Below are positions 25,320 through 39,700 of a stretch of 64,000 nt of DNA, in pieces. Both the position numbers and the translations under genes were made by a program. Position 1 is the first letter of the stretch; every line of letters begins with the position of its first letter. The notes beneath the pieces were generated by a model, which saw nothing but the letters and a program-made list of their open reading frames with translations, had not been told where the DNA came from and did no database searches. Source of the DNA: Hormiphora californensis (Eukaryota > Animalia > Ctenophora); the NCBI GenBank assembly GCA_020137815.1, contig CM035353.1, positions 5,084,001-5,148,000 of the forward strand. Reading direction: 5' to 3'.

Positions 25320-27468
25320 TCCCTAACGGACAGGTTCTGAGAGAAAACTACTACCGAATCAGAGGGAGCTACCGCCGGATGAAGAGGAATGACGAATCCA
25401 AGCATGATGCCAGACTTAATTCCGACATTATGAACGGCAAGATCATGAACTGGCAAGCCTTCAGCGACCTCAAAAACTCAAAGACCCACACAGTACCCCA
25501 TAATGCCCTGGACATGGAAAAGTTCGGAGAGTTCTTTAAAGATCTTTACGCAAACTCCCACTCAACTATATCAGACACCCAGAAATTCGAGATGCAAGCC
25601 GAAGCTGATGTGATCAATAACCAAGCTGAGAACAAGACCCCACTTGAAGATGCTCTTAAGAATCTGAACTCGGTCGTTACCCTTGATGAAACAGTTAGAG
25701 CCATCAAGCAGCTAAAATCCGGAAAAGCCGCTGGCCCAGATATGATCTCCAATGAGGTTCTCAAACTACTTGACGAGGAACACCAACTGATGCTCACCCA
25801 GGTATTTAACTGCTGTTTCAAGCAAGGCATTTACCCCTGGAACGCCAGTATAATCACCCCGCTCCATAAAAAAGGGAGTACAAAGAATCCGGACAACTAC
25901 CGAGCGGTCTCCGTGAGTAGTGCAATTGGTAAGCTAATGAGTTGCATATTACTGGAACGACTAAAGGAGTTCAGAAGTATCAAATGTCCTGACCACCCCA
26001 ACCAACTTGGTTTCCGGAAGAAGTGCCAGACGAACGACCATATCTTCACAATGCTGACACTTACCCAGAAAGCTAAACAGCAAAAGAAACCCCTGTACGC
26101 AATAATGGTCGATTTCCGCAAGGCTTTCGATAGCATTCCAAGAGAGGCACTTTTCCTAAAACTAGCAAGGATGGGAATCACCGGGAATTTTTACAACATT
26201 CTAAGGGATATGTATGGAAAATCCTCAGGGAGAATCAAGCTATCAGGCCATGTAAGCAGGGAGTTCCCTATCAGAAAGGGGACCGAACAAGGGCACCCAC
26301 TCTCACCTGAGTTGTTCAAGATTTTCTTGTACGACATGTCCCCACTACTGGATAAAGGGACTGACAGCAGTGAGAATCCATCCCTCAGAAATATCAAGGT
26401 GACACACCTCCTGTTCGCCGACGATCTGATTATGCTCTCCCTTTCGAGAAAGGCTGCCCAAAAGCAGGTTAAAATACTTTGCAATTATTGCTCAACCTGG
26501 GGGCTAGAAATGAACCTCGGAAAGACCAAGCTACTTGCTTTCAATGAGATTGATAAAGCCCAAAAACAACCCATATACCTATCCAGCACAGAGAAACTTG
26601 ACGAAGCACCCAGCTACTGCTACCTGGGCATCAAAATGACATCTTCTGGAGACTTCAGTATTGCCTCAAGAGCAGACCTCCACCTCAAAGCCACCAGAGC
26701 AGTATATGGACTCAAGAGGACCATTAGGAGAGACAAGGTATCCTTCAGTGCTGGGAGAGCGCTATTTAATTCACTGATCAAGCCAATTCTACTGTATGGA
26801 GCTCCAATTTGGGCACCTATGGACACCACGGTATCTCGGATCATCAAGGAGTCAGTACACGGGGAAGCCAACAGCAGCCTTCTTCGAAAGATCTCAGCCG
26901 ATAAATCTGAACGACTCCTGCTCTCCTACCTGAAATGGCTCACAGGCGTTCATAGCAAAACACAGAATGCAGCAATCTGGGGTGATAGTAATACCATCCC
27001 CCTCAATGTGGAAGCACTCGACATAACTGTCAAGTACCTATCCAGGATTAAAACCCTCGATCCAACCTGGCTGGTCAATGCTGCATACCATGAGCAGAAG
27101 AACCTTGGACTCCCCTGGTACAGATCATTAGTTCGACTCCTTAACACTGACCCCCTCTATAGATTGAACCACTTTGATGCCCTGGAAATCAAGGAAGGAC
27201 GGAGGAAAGAACCGGAATTACCAAAAGTTAAACCCGCCCGAGCACAGACCCACGCCCCGAGTAGAATCTTCAGAGTCCCCTTAATTCAACAAAGAATTGC
27301 ATCAACTTACTCCAAAGCCTGGAGAAACACTATCACTACCTCAAGGAAACTCGACTTCTATCAGAACTTCGACCGGGAAAACGGTGTACAATCCTACCTG
27401 GCTAATGTAACGAATTTTACCCATCGAGCAGCCCTGGCCAAGCTGAGAATGAGCTCACACTCCCTTAA

Positions 27469-29247
27469 CCCTCACCCCTATAACCCCTTGAGAGAGCTAA
27501 TATTTATGGGTGGAGATAGAATTATCTCCCCCTATTTTCTCAGTAACTATAGTAGGTAGAAATTCCGGAAAAGTTGGATACATCCCCAAATTATTTCAGC
27601 TATCAGACAAACTAATAATATTTACTATTCATTGAGCCTAAGCATGATTTTAGAATTGCCTAATTAGGTCCTTGTAGGAGGTGTTGATGACACTTGCCCT
27701 ACAGTGATATCAAATTTCTTGGTTTCGAGCGTCTCTCCTTTATCTTTCGTATCACTCTCTCTCGGTAATTCTCCGAATCCGACCAAGGAGGGGCGTGTAG
27801 TAATTGGGTGTTAGGAAAGATAATGGCATACTGACTAAAAAATTTCCAAAAATTCAACTATTATTAGTAATGATAGACAAGTTTCACATGATTTGATTTT
27901 GAAAAAAAAATTTTTTTTTTTTCTTCTGTGTAGTTCGCCGGCTACTGCTCGTCCGATCGGGGTATCGCTTTCTGCAACTCCCCACTGGTACTATCAAGAA
28001 CACTGTTTGTGGATCTCCGCGTATACCCAGCGACTGGAGGTTGGTCTGGTATCGCGTCCAGAAATCTTGATAACTGAGTTTTGAAAACCTGGAACTCAGT
28101 GATTTGGTTAATTTGAGCAGGTAAGCAGTTCCAGAGCCTCGGCCCCATCACAGCAAAGGATCCATCGTATGCTGACTGTGCTGCTGCTAGAGAGTTCTTC
28201 ACAATTTTCGGAACCACAGCTCTGGTTCCCAGTCGGCCACCGGCGGTAAATTGTACTCCGATGTCATTGGAGATGTGGCCGTGAAGAGTCTTCCACATAT
28301 GTAGAATAATGTAACGCTCTCTCCTGCGTTGTAGGGAGCTGATACGGAGATACTGAAGGCGCTGCCAGTAGGTCATTCCCTTACACTCCGCTATACGTCT
28401 GGTAAAGGAACGCTGCACTCCCTCAAGTAGCTCGATATCCCTAATCTTAGTCGGACTCCAGAGAGGGCAACAGTACTCAAGCAGGCTCCTGACCATACTC
28501 TTATACAAAGTTATCATAGCTTCTCTGTCCCGTGTTTTGAAGACACTCAGGACCCAAGATGCTTTGCGGCGTCCGCTCTCGGCAATCGTCCTTATGTGTC
28601 CCTCCCAATCTAGATCGGCTTGAACTAGCACACCAAGATCTCTAACTGATAAGCTTGGTTCCAGGATTCCAGCCTCAGTTGTGTAAGATAGTAGATTTTG
28701 GGCGAATGGCAGTTGCTGGGAGAGAGGATCCCTTGTGACTCCATGAAGCAGATATTCAAATTTATCTGCATGTAGCTTCATGTTGTTTCTCAGGGACCAT
28801 GCTGTAACAGCCTCCAAATCTCTTTGGAGGATTATCATGTCATCTTCTCCACCGATACTCTTCAGAATTCTCGTATCATCAGCAAAACATCTCAGTGTGC
28901 TTCCGGACACCACTGATGATATGTCGTTAATAAACAACAAGAATAGGAACGGTCCTAACACCGAACCCTGAGGTACTCCGCTTATGACCAGTACTGCTTC
29001 AGACAGGCAGCCGTCCACAGTAACTCGCTGGACCCTACCTTCCAGAAAAGACTGGATCCACTTGATGAGGCCCTCATGAACCCGGTATCTCCTAAGTTTC
29101 CTGATTAGAATACCGTGGTCAACACGATCGAACGAAATGTGTTAAAAGTCATATGCGTCATTTTTAAAGTAGATCTTGGGAAGTTGATGAAGTTTAGTAC
29201 TTTATGTGAGGCGGAGACAAATCGATCTCCTCCCACAGGGATAAGGG
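27469..29247. mobile_element. piggyBac-like non-autonomous DNA transposon inserted in LINE A
   Basis: TTAA at 27465-27468 and 29248-29251. Ends are CCCTCACCCCT and AGGGATAAGGG, i.e. CCCT..AGGG imperfect TIRs. Confidence 0.8.
27911..29133 (-). mobile_element. LINE B: 5'-truncated CR1/L2-group RT fragment with poly(A) tail, inside the piggyBac-like element
   Basis: FDRVDHGIL..SGVPQGSVLGPFLF..FADD..RDLGV..LEYCCPLWSP, with an A-rich tail (T-run at 27911-27922 on the plus strand). Confidence 0.88.
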
Positions 29248-29816
29248 TTAACATTGAAGTAGGGCGTCACCAAGGAATCGCCCGGGAGAATAGAAACTGC
29301 CCATACTGCAACATCACAATGGGTATAAGCACAACGGAAACCGAGCTCCATGTGATCGACACCTGTGACCTCTACAACCCGGAAAGACAGAACCTGCTAA
29401 CCGACCTCCCCAAAGGACAAGACCCCTCCCAGCCCATTCCCATTATCTCCTCGATCATGTACACCACATCAGAGCATTCACCTCGAACCTCCGGGCTCCT
29501 TGCGCGTTTCGCCAGCGCTATCGAGTGCAAGCGCGAGCGTTGGATGTCATCAATGACACCTCCCACTTAGCTTTCTCCCCTGTACTAGCTAAGAAGTGGC
29601 AGCAGGCTCCTTTTGTTTAAGACCCCCTTCAGCGTTTATTGTTTTAATACCTAACGACCCCGGAATTTATATGTGTGTGAGTGGATTTTTAACTTGATGT
29701 TATAAGTTTCACGAACAGGAAAGTGCTGATCAAGGGCAGTGCTCTCCAGTTCTTACACTCATGGGAACATGAGTAGAACTATTTTTCAAACCGTGTCAAA
29801 ACCGTGTCAAACCGTG

Positions 29817-31482
<1,666 letters not shown>

Positions 31483-31527
31483 TCTCCCCGTCCCCTTAGA
31501 CCCTTGTGCAAAATCAATTATTTTATA

Positions 31528-34500
31528 ATGAAGTCAAATCGGTATGTAAGTAACTCTCTGAGAATTCTATCCTGGAATATAGCCTCGATAACCTCAAACG
31601 GCACAACCAAGCTTGCAGATAAAGACACAGAAAGGCTTCTTAGCTCACATGACATAGTTTGCCTACAGGAGGTCTGGAAGCAGGTACCGGTTACTAACTT
31701 CAGAGGCTACTTTAGCCTCAGGCACAACACTAACTCCGGAGGAGTCGCTATACTAATTAAAAACAACTTATCACCGGGTCTATCCATCATCAAAACCAGC
31801 AACCCGGACATCCTGGTAGCCCAGCTCGATCATACCTTCTTCAACGTGAAACGAGATATCTACATCATCAACGTCTACGCCCGGCCTGAGAACTCATCCG
31901 GTGACTCCATCAGTACTGGGGTCAACACCATTCAGGACTGCTACGATACTATATGTAAGCTTCCAGCTAATGTTGAAATCCTTCTTTGCGGTGATTTCAA
32001 CGCCAGAATTGGAGCGGCACTCTGCCAAGTGACGGAGTTCGAAAACACTCATGTGCCTGTTTCACCCCAGTATGAAGCTGACACAATTCTACCCCGGACC
32101 TCACAAGATAGCGATACAAACAAGCAAGGAAAGTACTTCACGGATTTAATCACCGATAACCAATTAGTCATCCTGAACGGCCGAACTTTGGGTGACCTAA
32201 CAGGAGCCTTTACTAGTATTCAGAGACAGGGCTGCTCCGTAGTTGACTATGTTGCTACGTCGCGTGAGCTCTTCCAATCCGTTGAGCACATGAAAGTAGG
32301 CAGCCTCCTCCCCACCTCGGACCATCGTCCTCTTACTACCCTTTTAAGATGTTCGTTTCAAGCCAACTCTATAGGAAGCATGGAACGCTCTTACAATAAG
32401 GCCCCCAGTAGGTTTATTATTACAACCACGGGAAAATCTCTTTTCCGAAATCTTCAGAAAGAGTCTGATACTGCACTCACAGATATCACCAACAAACTAG
32501 CGGACCCCTCTGATCCTGTTCTAGCATACACGGAGATGGTAAACCACCTCCGCAGACTCTGCAACACTTCATTCAAGGTATCAAACCCAGGATCTAAAAA
32601 AGCCCACTCTACTCAACCGTGGCACAATCGGAACATCAAGGAGGCGAGGAAACTACTAGGAAAAGCAACTTCTCTTACGGACTCATTCCCAGATAAAAGC
32701 AAGCTTAAGGAACTTTACTACCGCATCAAAGGCAGGTACAAAAAACTCATCAGAAATTCAAAGACTCGATACACATCGAAACTCAACAAAGACATCGAGG
32801 TTGGAAAAATTCTTAACTGGCAAGGGTTTCACAAGGTAAAGAAACTTAAGACCCACAGTGAGCAGTTTAATACAGTAGATATGGAGAACTTTGAATCCTT
32901 CTTCACAAATCTATACTCCGATACCCATGCATCTTTAACAGTTGAGGAGAAAAACACTATGCTCCAAGAAGCCGATGAAATCAACCAACACAACTCCAGA
33001 AACCAAGATGAAGCTGCCCTTGCTCTTAACACTGATATCTCCATACAAGAAATATCAGGTTGCATTCGTAGCCTCAAGTGTGGAAAAGCTGCTGGAGATG
33101 ACATGTTCTCCAATGACATTCTGAAGATCCTTGATGAACGACACGTCGACATACTTACCGAAATACTCAACAACTGTTTCAGGACTGGAACTTATCCCTG
33201 GACGAATAGCATCATCACACCCTTACACAAAAAAGGTCCACGTGGAGACCCCGACAATTATAGAGCTGTGTCGGTAGGTAGTGCTATAGGAAAGATATTC
33301 AGCACGGTCATGCTAGACAGGTTAGTCCAGTTCAGAGAAGTAAAGTGTCCTGATCCCATCAACCAACTAGGTTTCAAAAAGGGAGCACAAACGTGTGATC
33401 ACGTCGTTTCCCTCATGACCCTTGTTCAAAAATATCGCAAGAGCAAGACCCCTCTCTTTGCCACTTTCGTCGACTACAAAAAAGCGTTCGACAGTGTTCC
33501 ACGTCAGGCGCTTTTCCTAAAACTATCGAAACTCGGTATATGTGGAAACTTCTTCAATGTTCTCCGGAATATGTACTCCAACTCAACAGCCCAAATAAAA
33601 CTGTCGGGTCACCTTAGTCATAGATTCAGGATACTTAAAGGGACTGAGCAGGGCCACCCGCTCAGTCCTGAACTATTTAAACTCTTTCTCTTGGAGCTCT
33701 CTGACACCTTAAACACCAAAGACCACAAAAACCCACCCCACCTGGGAAAGATTCCAGTAACCCACCTATTATGGGCGGATGACCTGATCCTACTCTCTTT
33801 GAACATTCAAGACGCCCAAGAACAAGTCAATAAACTCCACAATTACTGCCAAAAGTGGGGACTCGAAGTCAATAGCCTCAAAACTAAACTCATGACCTTC
33901 AACAACCGTCACAATCTGCAATTCTCTCTGAAGCTAGGTCATGAAGCTATTCATCAAGTGGAAAACTACTGCTACCTTGGACTGAATATTTCATCGACTG
34001 GAGACTTCAGTAAAGCCGCCTCAAGTGACCTCACCACAAAGGCAACCCGGGCCATGTACGGCTTGCGTGGCACCATTATGAAGGAGCAGCTTTCCTTCAA
34101 ATCAACACTTAGCCTTTTCAACGCCCTCATCAAACCGATTGCACTTTACGGAGCGCCGATCTGGTCACCCCAGCTGCCGGAGGCCAAGACTACCATCAAG
34201 AATATTGGCTCCAATGACCCTACTTTAATTAGGAAACTCTCAAGCAGCAAACTTAACAGATTGCATCTCTCTTATCTCAAGTGGACAATGGGAGTCAACA
34301 GGAAGACTACAAACGCCGCAGTTTATGGAGACACCGGCACACGACCCCTATCTCTAGAGGCTTTGGATATCACCATTAAATACCTCCAACGGATAGCCAA
34401 GCTACCATCCAGTGGAACCAGCCTCGTACATCAAGCCTATCTTGAACAAAGGACACGAGACCTGCCGTGGTACAAATCCCTACGACCTCTCCTAGAGAGA

Positions 34501-35121
34501 GACCCAATTTACAACCAGGATCATGTATCGGCCTACAAAACACTCACTTCAAAAACTAACCTCACGCCAAACCCCACTTATTTACCCCCCACTCTCGACG
34601 TCAAACCTCTAATTTCCCAGAAGTTTCGGACAAATATAATCCTTTCATGCCTGAGGGACACCTTCAACGGGAGTTGGGTAGCAGCGACAACCAACTCCTC
34701 AAAACTCTCGTTTTACAATACCTGCGAAAAGTTGGACCAACCTACCTTGAGATCGTACCTGGGACTGAACAACTTCAACTACCGATCTTCTATCGCTAAA
34801 CTGAAAAGCAGCTCCCACCCTCTCAAAATAGAAACCGGCCGGTTCACCAACATCCCCAGAGACAATCGCTACTGCCCCTGGTGCGAGAGCTTGAACATCT
34901 ATGAAGTAGAGACTGAGGAACATGCTCTGGACCACTGCAGCCTCTACGAAGACAGCCGAGACAACTTGAGGAAAGACCCGGAAATTTTCCTTTTATCACA
35001 TCACTCACTCACGAACATCTTCCTCAATCTTCATAACTACACCCCGCGGATCGCAGGCCTGGTGGCGTGTTTTACTCACGCCATCATTTCAACTCGCGAA
35101 AAATTTACTAAAGGACATTAA
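31528..35121 (+). CDS. LINE C ORF2: APE endonuclease, reverse transcriptase and C-terminal Cys/His finger
   Basis: SWNI, CLQE, GDFNAR, VDY and SDH (APE); QGHPLSP and WADD (RT); SSHPLKIETGR..CPWC..ETEEH..C. Confidence 0.95.
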   Translation: MKSNRYVSNSLRILSWNIASITSNGTTKLADKDTERLLSSHDIVCLQEVWKQVPVTNFRGYFSLRHNTNSGGVAILIKNNLSPGLSIIKTSNPDILVAQLDHTFFNVKRDIYIINVYARPENSSGDSISTGVNTIQDCYDTICKLPANVEILLCGDFNARIGAALCQVTEFENTHVPVSPQYEADTILPRTSQDSDTNKQGKYFTDLITDNQLVILNGRTLGDLTGAFTSIQRQGCSVVDYVATSRELFQSVEHMKVGSLLPTSDHRPLTTLLRCSFQANSIGSMERSYNKAPSRFIITTTGKSLFRNLQKESDTALTDITNKLADPSDPVLAYTEMVNHLRRLCNTSFKVSNPGSKKAHSTQPWHNRNIKEARKLLGKATSLTDSFPDKSKLKELYYRIKGRYKKLIRNSKTRYTSKLNKDIEVGKILNWQGFHKVKKLKTHSEQFNTVDMENFESFFTNLYSDTHASLTVEEKNTMLQEADEINQHNSRNQDEAALALNTDISIQEISGCIRSLKCGKAAGDDMFSNDILKILDERHVDILTEILNNCFRTGTYPWTNSIITPLHKKGPRGDPDNYRAVSVGSAIGKIFSTVMLDRLVQFREVKCPDPINQLGFKKGAQTCDHVVSLMTLVQKYRKSKTPLFATFVDYKKAFDSVPRQALFLKLSKLGICGNFFNVLRNMYSNSTAQIKLSGHLSHRFRILKGTEQGHPLSPELFKLFLLELSDTLNTKDHKNPPHLGKIPVTHLLWADDLILLSLNIQDAQEQVNKLHNYCQKWGLEVNSLKTKLMTFNNRHNLQFSLKLGHEAIHQVENYCYLGLNISSTGDFSKAASSDLTTKATRAMYGLRGTIMKEQLSFKSTLSLFNALIKPIALYGAPIWSPQLPEAKTTIKNIGSNDPTLIRKLSSSKLNRLHLSYLKWTMGVNRKTTNAAVYGDTGTRPLSLEALDITIKYLQRIAKLPSSGTSLVHQAYLEQRTRDLPWYKSLRPLLERDPIYNQDHVSAYKTLTSKTNLTPNPTYLPPTLDVKPLISQKFRTNIILSCLRDTFNGSWVAATTNSSKLSFYNTCEKLDQPTLRSYLGLNNFNYRSSIAKLKSSSHPLKIETGRFTNIPRDNRYCPWCESLNIYEVETEEHALDHCSLYEDSRDNLRKDPEIFLLSHHSLTNIFLNLHNYTPRIAGLVACFTHAIISTREKFTKGH

Positions 35122-35368
35122 CCGGCTTAGCTGCCTCACACCACTTAGAACAAACTCCACTACACTCCGGCCTAGTAATCTGAATAATTATTTATTACTG
35201 TGTATATCCCCAGAATCTGGAGCACCAACCTGACACCCTCTGTCCTTGGATGTCGACAGGTTGATGCTCCAACATTCTTACGCACCGGGAAACCCGTGCA
35301 GAATTATTTTAAAACCGTGTCAAAAAAAACCGTGTCAAACCGTGTCACACACACACACAGTAAGACTG

Positions 35369-35433
35369 AATTGATGAGTAATGCCCAGACCAGAAGGTGT
35401 AATTTCCAATTCACGGGAAGGAATGTTTTATTA
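35369..35433 (-). pseudogene. 5' remnant of a fourth membrane-protein paralog next to the LINE array
   Basis: ATTGATGAGTAATGCCCAGACCAGAAGGTGTAA closely matches 24641-24673, the signal-peptide region of paralog 2; the rest of the gene is missing. Confidence 0.55.
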
Positions 35434-35734
35434 GTGAAGTAAATATATTAAAGAAGCGGGTTGGAGCTTTCTAAAACGGGAAATATAAAAGGATAGTAAA
35501 ATAATTTAACAGAATAAAATAGTTTCAGTAGGTTCAGTTTGCCTTTAAGGAGTAATACTCGACCGCTCCACGAATTTGAACAAAACAAGGTCCCCTCAGA
35601 ACTTCCAACCCTGTCTTAAAATGTCATCGTTCGAGCTGCTTCACACTACATCTAAAATTGTTGTTTGATTTTGTTATTTAATATACCGATCGTACCGTGC
35701 CCTGAACGCGTCTGACTCGATCGGTGGAGTTGTT

Positions 35735-36545
35735 TTAGAAAGTAATTTCATGTGTTTTCTGCATAACAACATCGTACGATGGTGGTGCGTGATCCTCCTG
35801 GTCCCTGGACGAGAGGTGCTGCAGAGCTTTCCATAGTAGTGTAGGAACCAGATGCAGCGTAGGTAGATACATTTTGGAAGGAGGGTGGCGGATCGGACAA
35901 TGGAGCACTCTGGAAGGAGGGTGGAGGATCGGACGATGGAGCACTCTGGAAGGAGGGTGGCGGATCGGACGATGCATAACCCTGGAAGGAGGGTGGCGGA
36001 TCGGACGATGGAGCACCCTCGACCGGGGCTGTGGGGTAGCGAGGTGGTGGAGGGTTGGGATGTAAGGATTGCGGGGGATTATTCGGGGGATTGTTCGGGC
36101 ACTGTTCACTAGAAGGAACCTCATCATTCAGACACATTTCAACGTCACCAAAATTCGGAGTCTCAACATATTGAGTTGAGCCTGGGGGAAGACGATTTCG
36201 GACGTACCATCCGTAACAGGAGGATAAGATCAAAACACCAATTCCGATACCAAATCCAGGGATAACAAAGTCGACGATTGAAAACGAGTCACTCTCTTCA
36301 GTGGGGATGGGTTCAATATCAAAAGAACAGTCAGCTTTACCGGTAATTTCGTCCACAACACAGTCACCATCAGCACCATAATCTTCGAAGCACATGACAA
36401 ACTGAAGGCACCGACAGTTATCGTAATCATGATCACAGTAGATATATTCACCGTTCACCTCGCATTTTGTGTCCCAGCAATTATAGGAAACCACTCCAAT
36501 GATGAGGAATCCCCAAACCAGAACGTGCAACAATGATAGGGGCAT
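35735..36545 (-). CDS. Single-pass membrane protein with Cys-rich ectodomain and Pro-rich repeats (PTAP, PPSY); paralog 3, one +1 frameshift
   Basis: Signal peptide, Cys-rich domain, TM, YPTAP and 36-nt SDPPPSFQ repeats. HAPPSYDVVMQKTHEITF* is in the +1 frame, with the shift at about 35790-35810. Confidence 0.75.
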
Positions 36546-36746
36546 GCTATAATAGGGGAGGAATTAAATTAATGACGCGGGTATATTATGTAAAAAGGAT
36601 GGTAAAATAATTTAACAGAATAAAATGAATATAATGTTGGGGAAGACCATGTCAGTCCGAATTCCAAACCGGATTTCTGAAAAGTGAAAACATGTCTTCC
36701 ACTACAAGCTGCTTCACATTTGGAACTGTTTATTTCGCAGATATCA

Positions 36747-36785
<39 letters not shown>

Positions 36786-36794
36786 ATCTCTTCC

Positions 36795-39700
36795 TCAGTC
36801 CTTCAGAAGATTATGACTACCGACGGCAGATTTGAAGAACTGCTCTTTCCAACAAAGGAGAGCGTGTAACTGCATGGGGTGTTTCCTAGTGGTGATACCC
36901 CATTCCCGGGTTAGGGGCGAGTTTGGCATTATCATTATCACCGAGTCTGTCGTTTCTGAAATGAAATACAAGTTGTACTATTGAACTATCGAGTTTTACT
37001 ACATATTGAGTTGTACTAAGCATGATTATATAAAACACACTATTTTCAACCGAAATAGAACACAAATTATACGACAATGTTTCTCTTTCCGGTTGAATAA
37101 ACGAGGGTCTACTATTGTCCAACACACATTATATTTAGTCTCGTGTATACATAATATGATAGTATAATGTATGTTTCCTTCTGTGGTGGCAATACTGACG
37201 TGACATGTGAGTTACAATGATAGAACCCAACAATGTTATACCTGCAACTGCGATGAGGTGTTTTGCCAGGAGGAAGGTCTGTAGGTGCGTGCAATTATCA
37301 TAGATATCATTTATTGGCCGGACCTCACTGTAAACAATGAACTGCCCATTCGCACGGAGCGGTCTATCGTTTAGACTAAATACGGGCGATGTTGAATACT
37401 TGAGCCGCTTGTATATTGTCTAAGAGAAGAGTGGGTATATTTGTTATGTCTTATTTTCGGGGTGCGGTGGTGTAGAGGGTCGAGCAAGGGGATATTAGGG
37501 GGGTAGCTAAATCATATTTCTACTGTGTGAAGACAATCAAACACAACTAAATATATATTTTGTCGTTTACCTGTGCATATTTGATTGGCATATTCTTTGT
37601 GAGATCAATGACCGTGTCAAGAGGTGGTAACTTTATATTGCAGTGTATCGCCAACTCAATCTGCAAAGAGAAACAGGGGTTACAATTTAACCTAACAGGG
37701 GTTACAACTCAATCTAACAGGGGTTACAACTCAATCTAACAGGGGTTACAACTCAATCTAACTGGGGTTACAACTCAATCTAACAGGGGTTACAACTCAA
37801 TCTAACAGGGGTTACAACTCATGTTGGAACTATAGCTCCCCCATTTTGTGTTTCAGGAAATTACCTGGCTGAGGAATTTCCCCCTTGAAACCAGGGTACA
37901 TTTTGAAGTATAGTTGCCCCGGGAACTGATCTTGCCAATAAAATGTGACGGCTTCTTGTAACTGAATATCTCCAATGTCTCATGAACTGGCGGGTATATT
38001 GACTGGGGCAAGATGTCTTTCTGTCTCAGTCCCAGGTTATCAAACTTTATCGGTTGGAGAAAGTTACAGGGATAATAGTGGTCACGTGAGTTTATTTTCA
38101 GGGAGACGAATGTTTCGTGTAGCTTTTCCTTCTTCTTCCGGGCATGGTATGACATCACCTGAAGCGTGTTTTACTGTTGAGACCTCATCACACTTTATAA
38201 TTTAGTTATTGTACATATTGTACACAATGTACAATGTACACACATTGTACACACATTGTACACACACATCCTACAATGTACACAGGATTGAAGACACACT
38301 GTACAGTATTATTTCTACAGATTAGTACAATGTACACTAACATTACCTTGTGCAGTGCCTCGGGTGTAATACTGGGGGTGTACCAATGGGAACTATTATA
38401 CGTAACAATGGGGTACCACAGTATATCCTTCCCCTGGATCGCCAGCAGGTCACTCTTCAACTCACTGTGACTCGTCGACAACATCGGGTAGGACCGAATG
38501 AGGTCTTCCGAGGGAGCTCTCTCCATATTCTGACACTACAATGGGGAGTTAAACAGAAGTTAAACAAGATTTAAACATGATTTAAACAGGATTTGTGAGT
38601 GATTATACGGAGGTAATTTATTATTCCAAATTAGTTGTTTTCTGAGAAAAAAAGAATACCGTTTGGAACATTCTATAATCCAAAAGACTGTCTAACCTTA
38701 GGATCATCAAGAGATAGTGGTACAGTGTTGAGGGTGGAGGGAGTGGGGAGAAGGGCAACTCTCTCTGGTTCTGGAGGCGCATCTAGTGGAACCCCATCCA
38801 ACATAGCGTCCAGGTTCTCTGTGTTGGACCGGGCATGGGGCAGGTCAGACAACGACCTGTACGAAAAGTTAGAGCATATAATCTGAGATAGATATTCGAT
38901 AATTGACAATATTTTGTCATATAATTCATAATAATATATAACTTATTATTGGATGATGAAATAGTTTTCCCCGTTATACCTCATAACGGGGGCGGTGGGG
39001 GCAGCTCGGTCCCTGCTCCCTTCCTCAGGTCGGGTTTTGACCTCAATTACAGCATATGGAACAACCTGCAGAAAGTAAAGGCACTAAGTACAAACTAAAG
39101 AGTCCCATACATTCAACTATAGAGGGCGCCAAAAACCCGATAGTGCTCGATCAATGAGTGAGAGCTGGTTCATACATGTCCCATACATTCAATTAAACAA
39201 ATCTATGTTGCTGAATCATCTAACTCACATTTAGGGGCATGGATGTCTGATACAGTTAGGATGGCCCCCTCCCTCCCCCAATCTCACTCACATTGAGATA
39301 TAACACTGACCTGTCGTGGTATATTGACTATCTCCAAATTATTATCAAACTCGTACATGTAGTACCGTCCAGCAAAGAACGCCTCACCATGCCGCATCGT
39401 CTGGAATTGCGACGGTGTAAACTTGCTCGTGTGACAATCAAAATTAGGATCAGGCTCCAATATAGCATCCGTCTCCTTGTGTACGGCAACATTTTTAACT
39501 CTCCCCCGGATAACTTTGAGTATCACAATGAATCCTGTGTAATCCGTGTTTAACCAGTCGTGGTATTTCTTAAGAGTGTCCACGAACCGGTTCACATAGA
39601 CTCCCATGTTACAGTCACCCAGGTGGTTTCCATTAAACAGGTGCCCAGTTTTCAGCCCAAATCGACAAATGTTTAGAGCAATTCGGAAGTCTTTACACAA

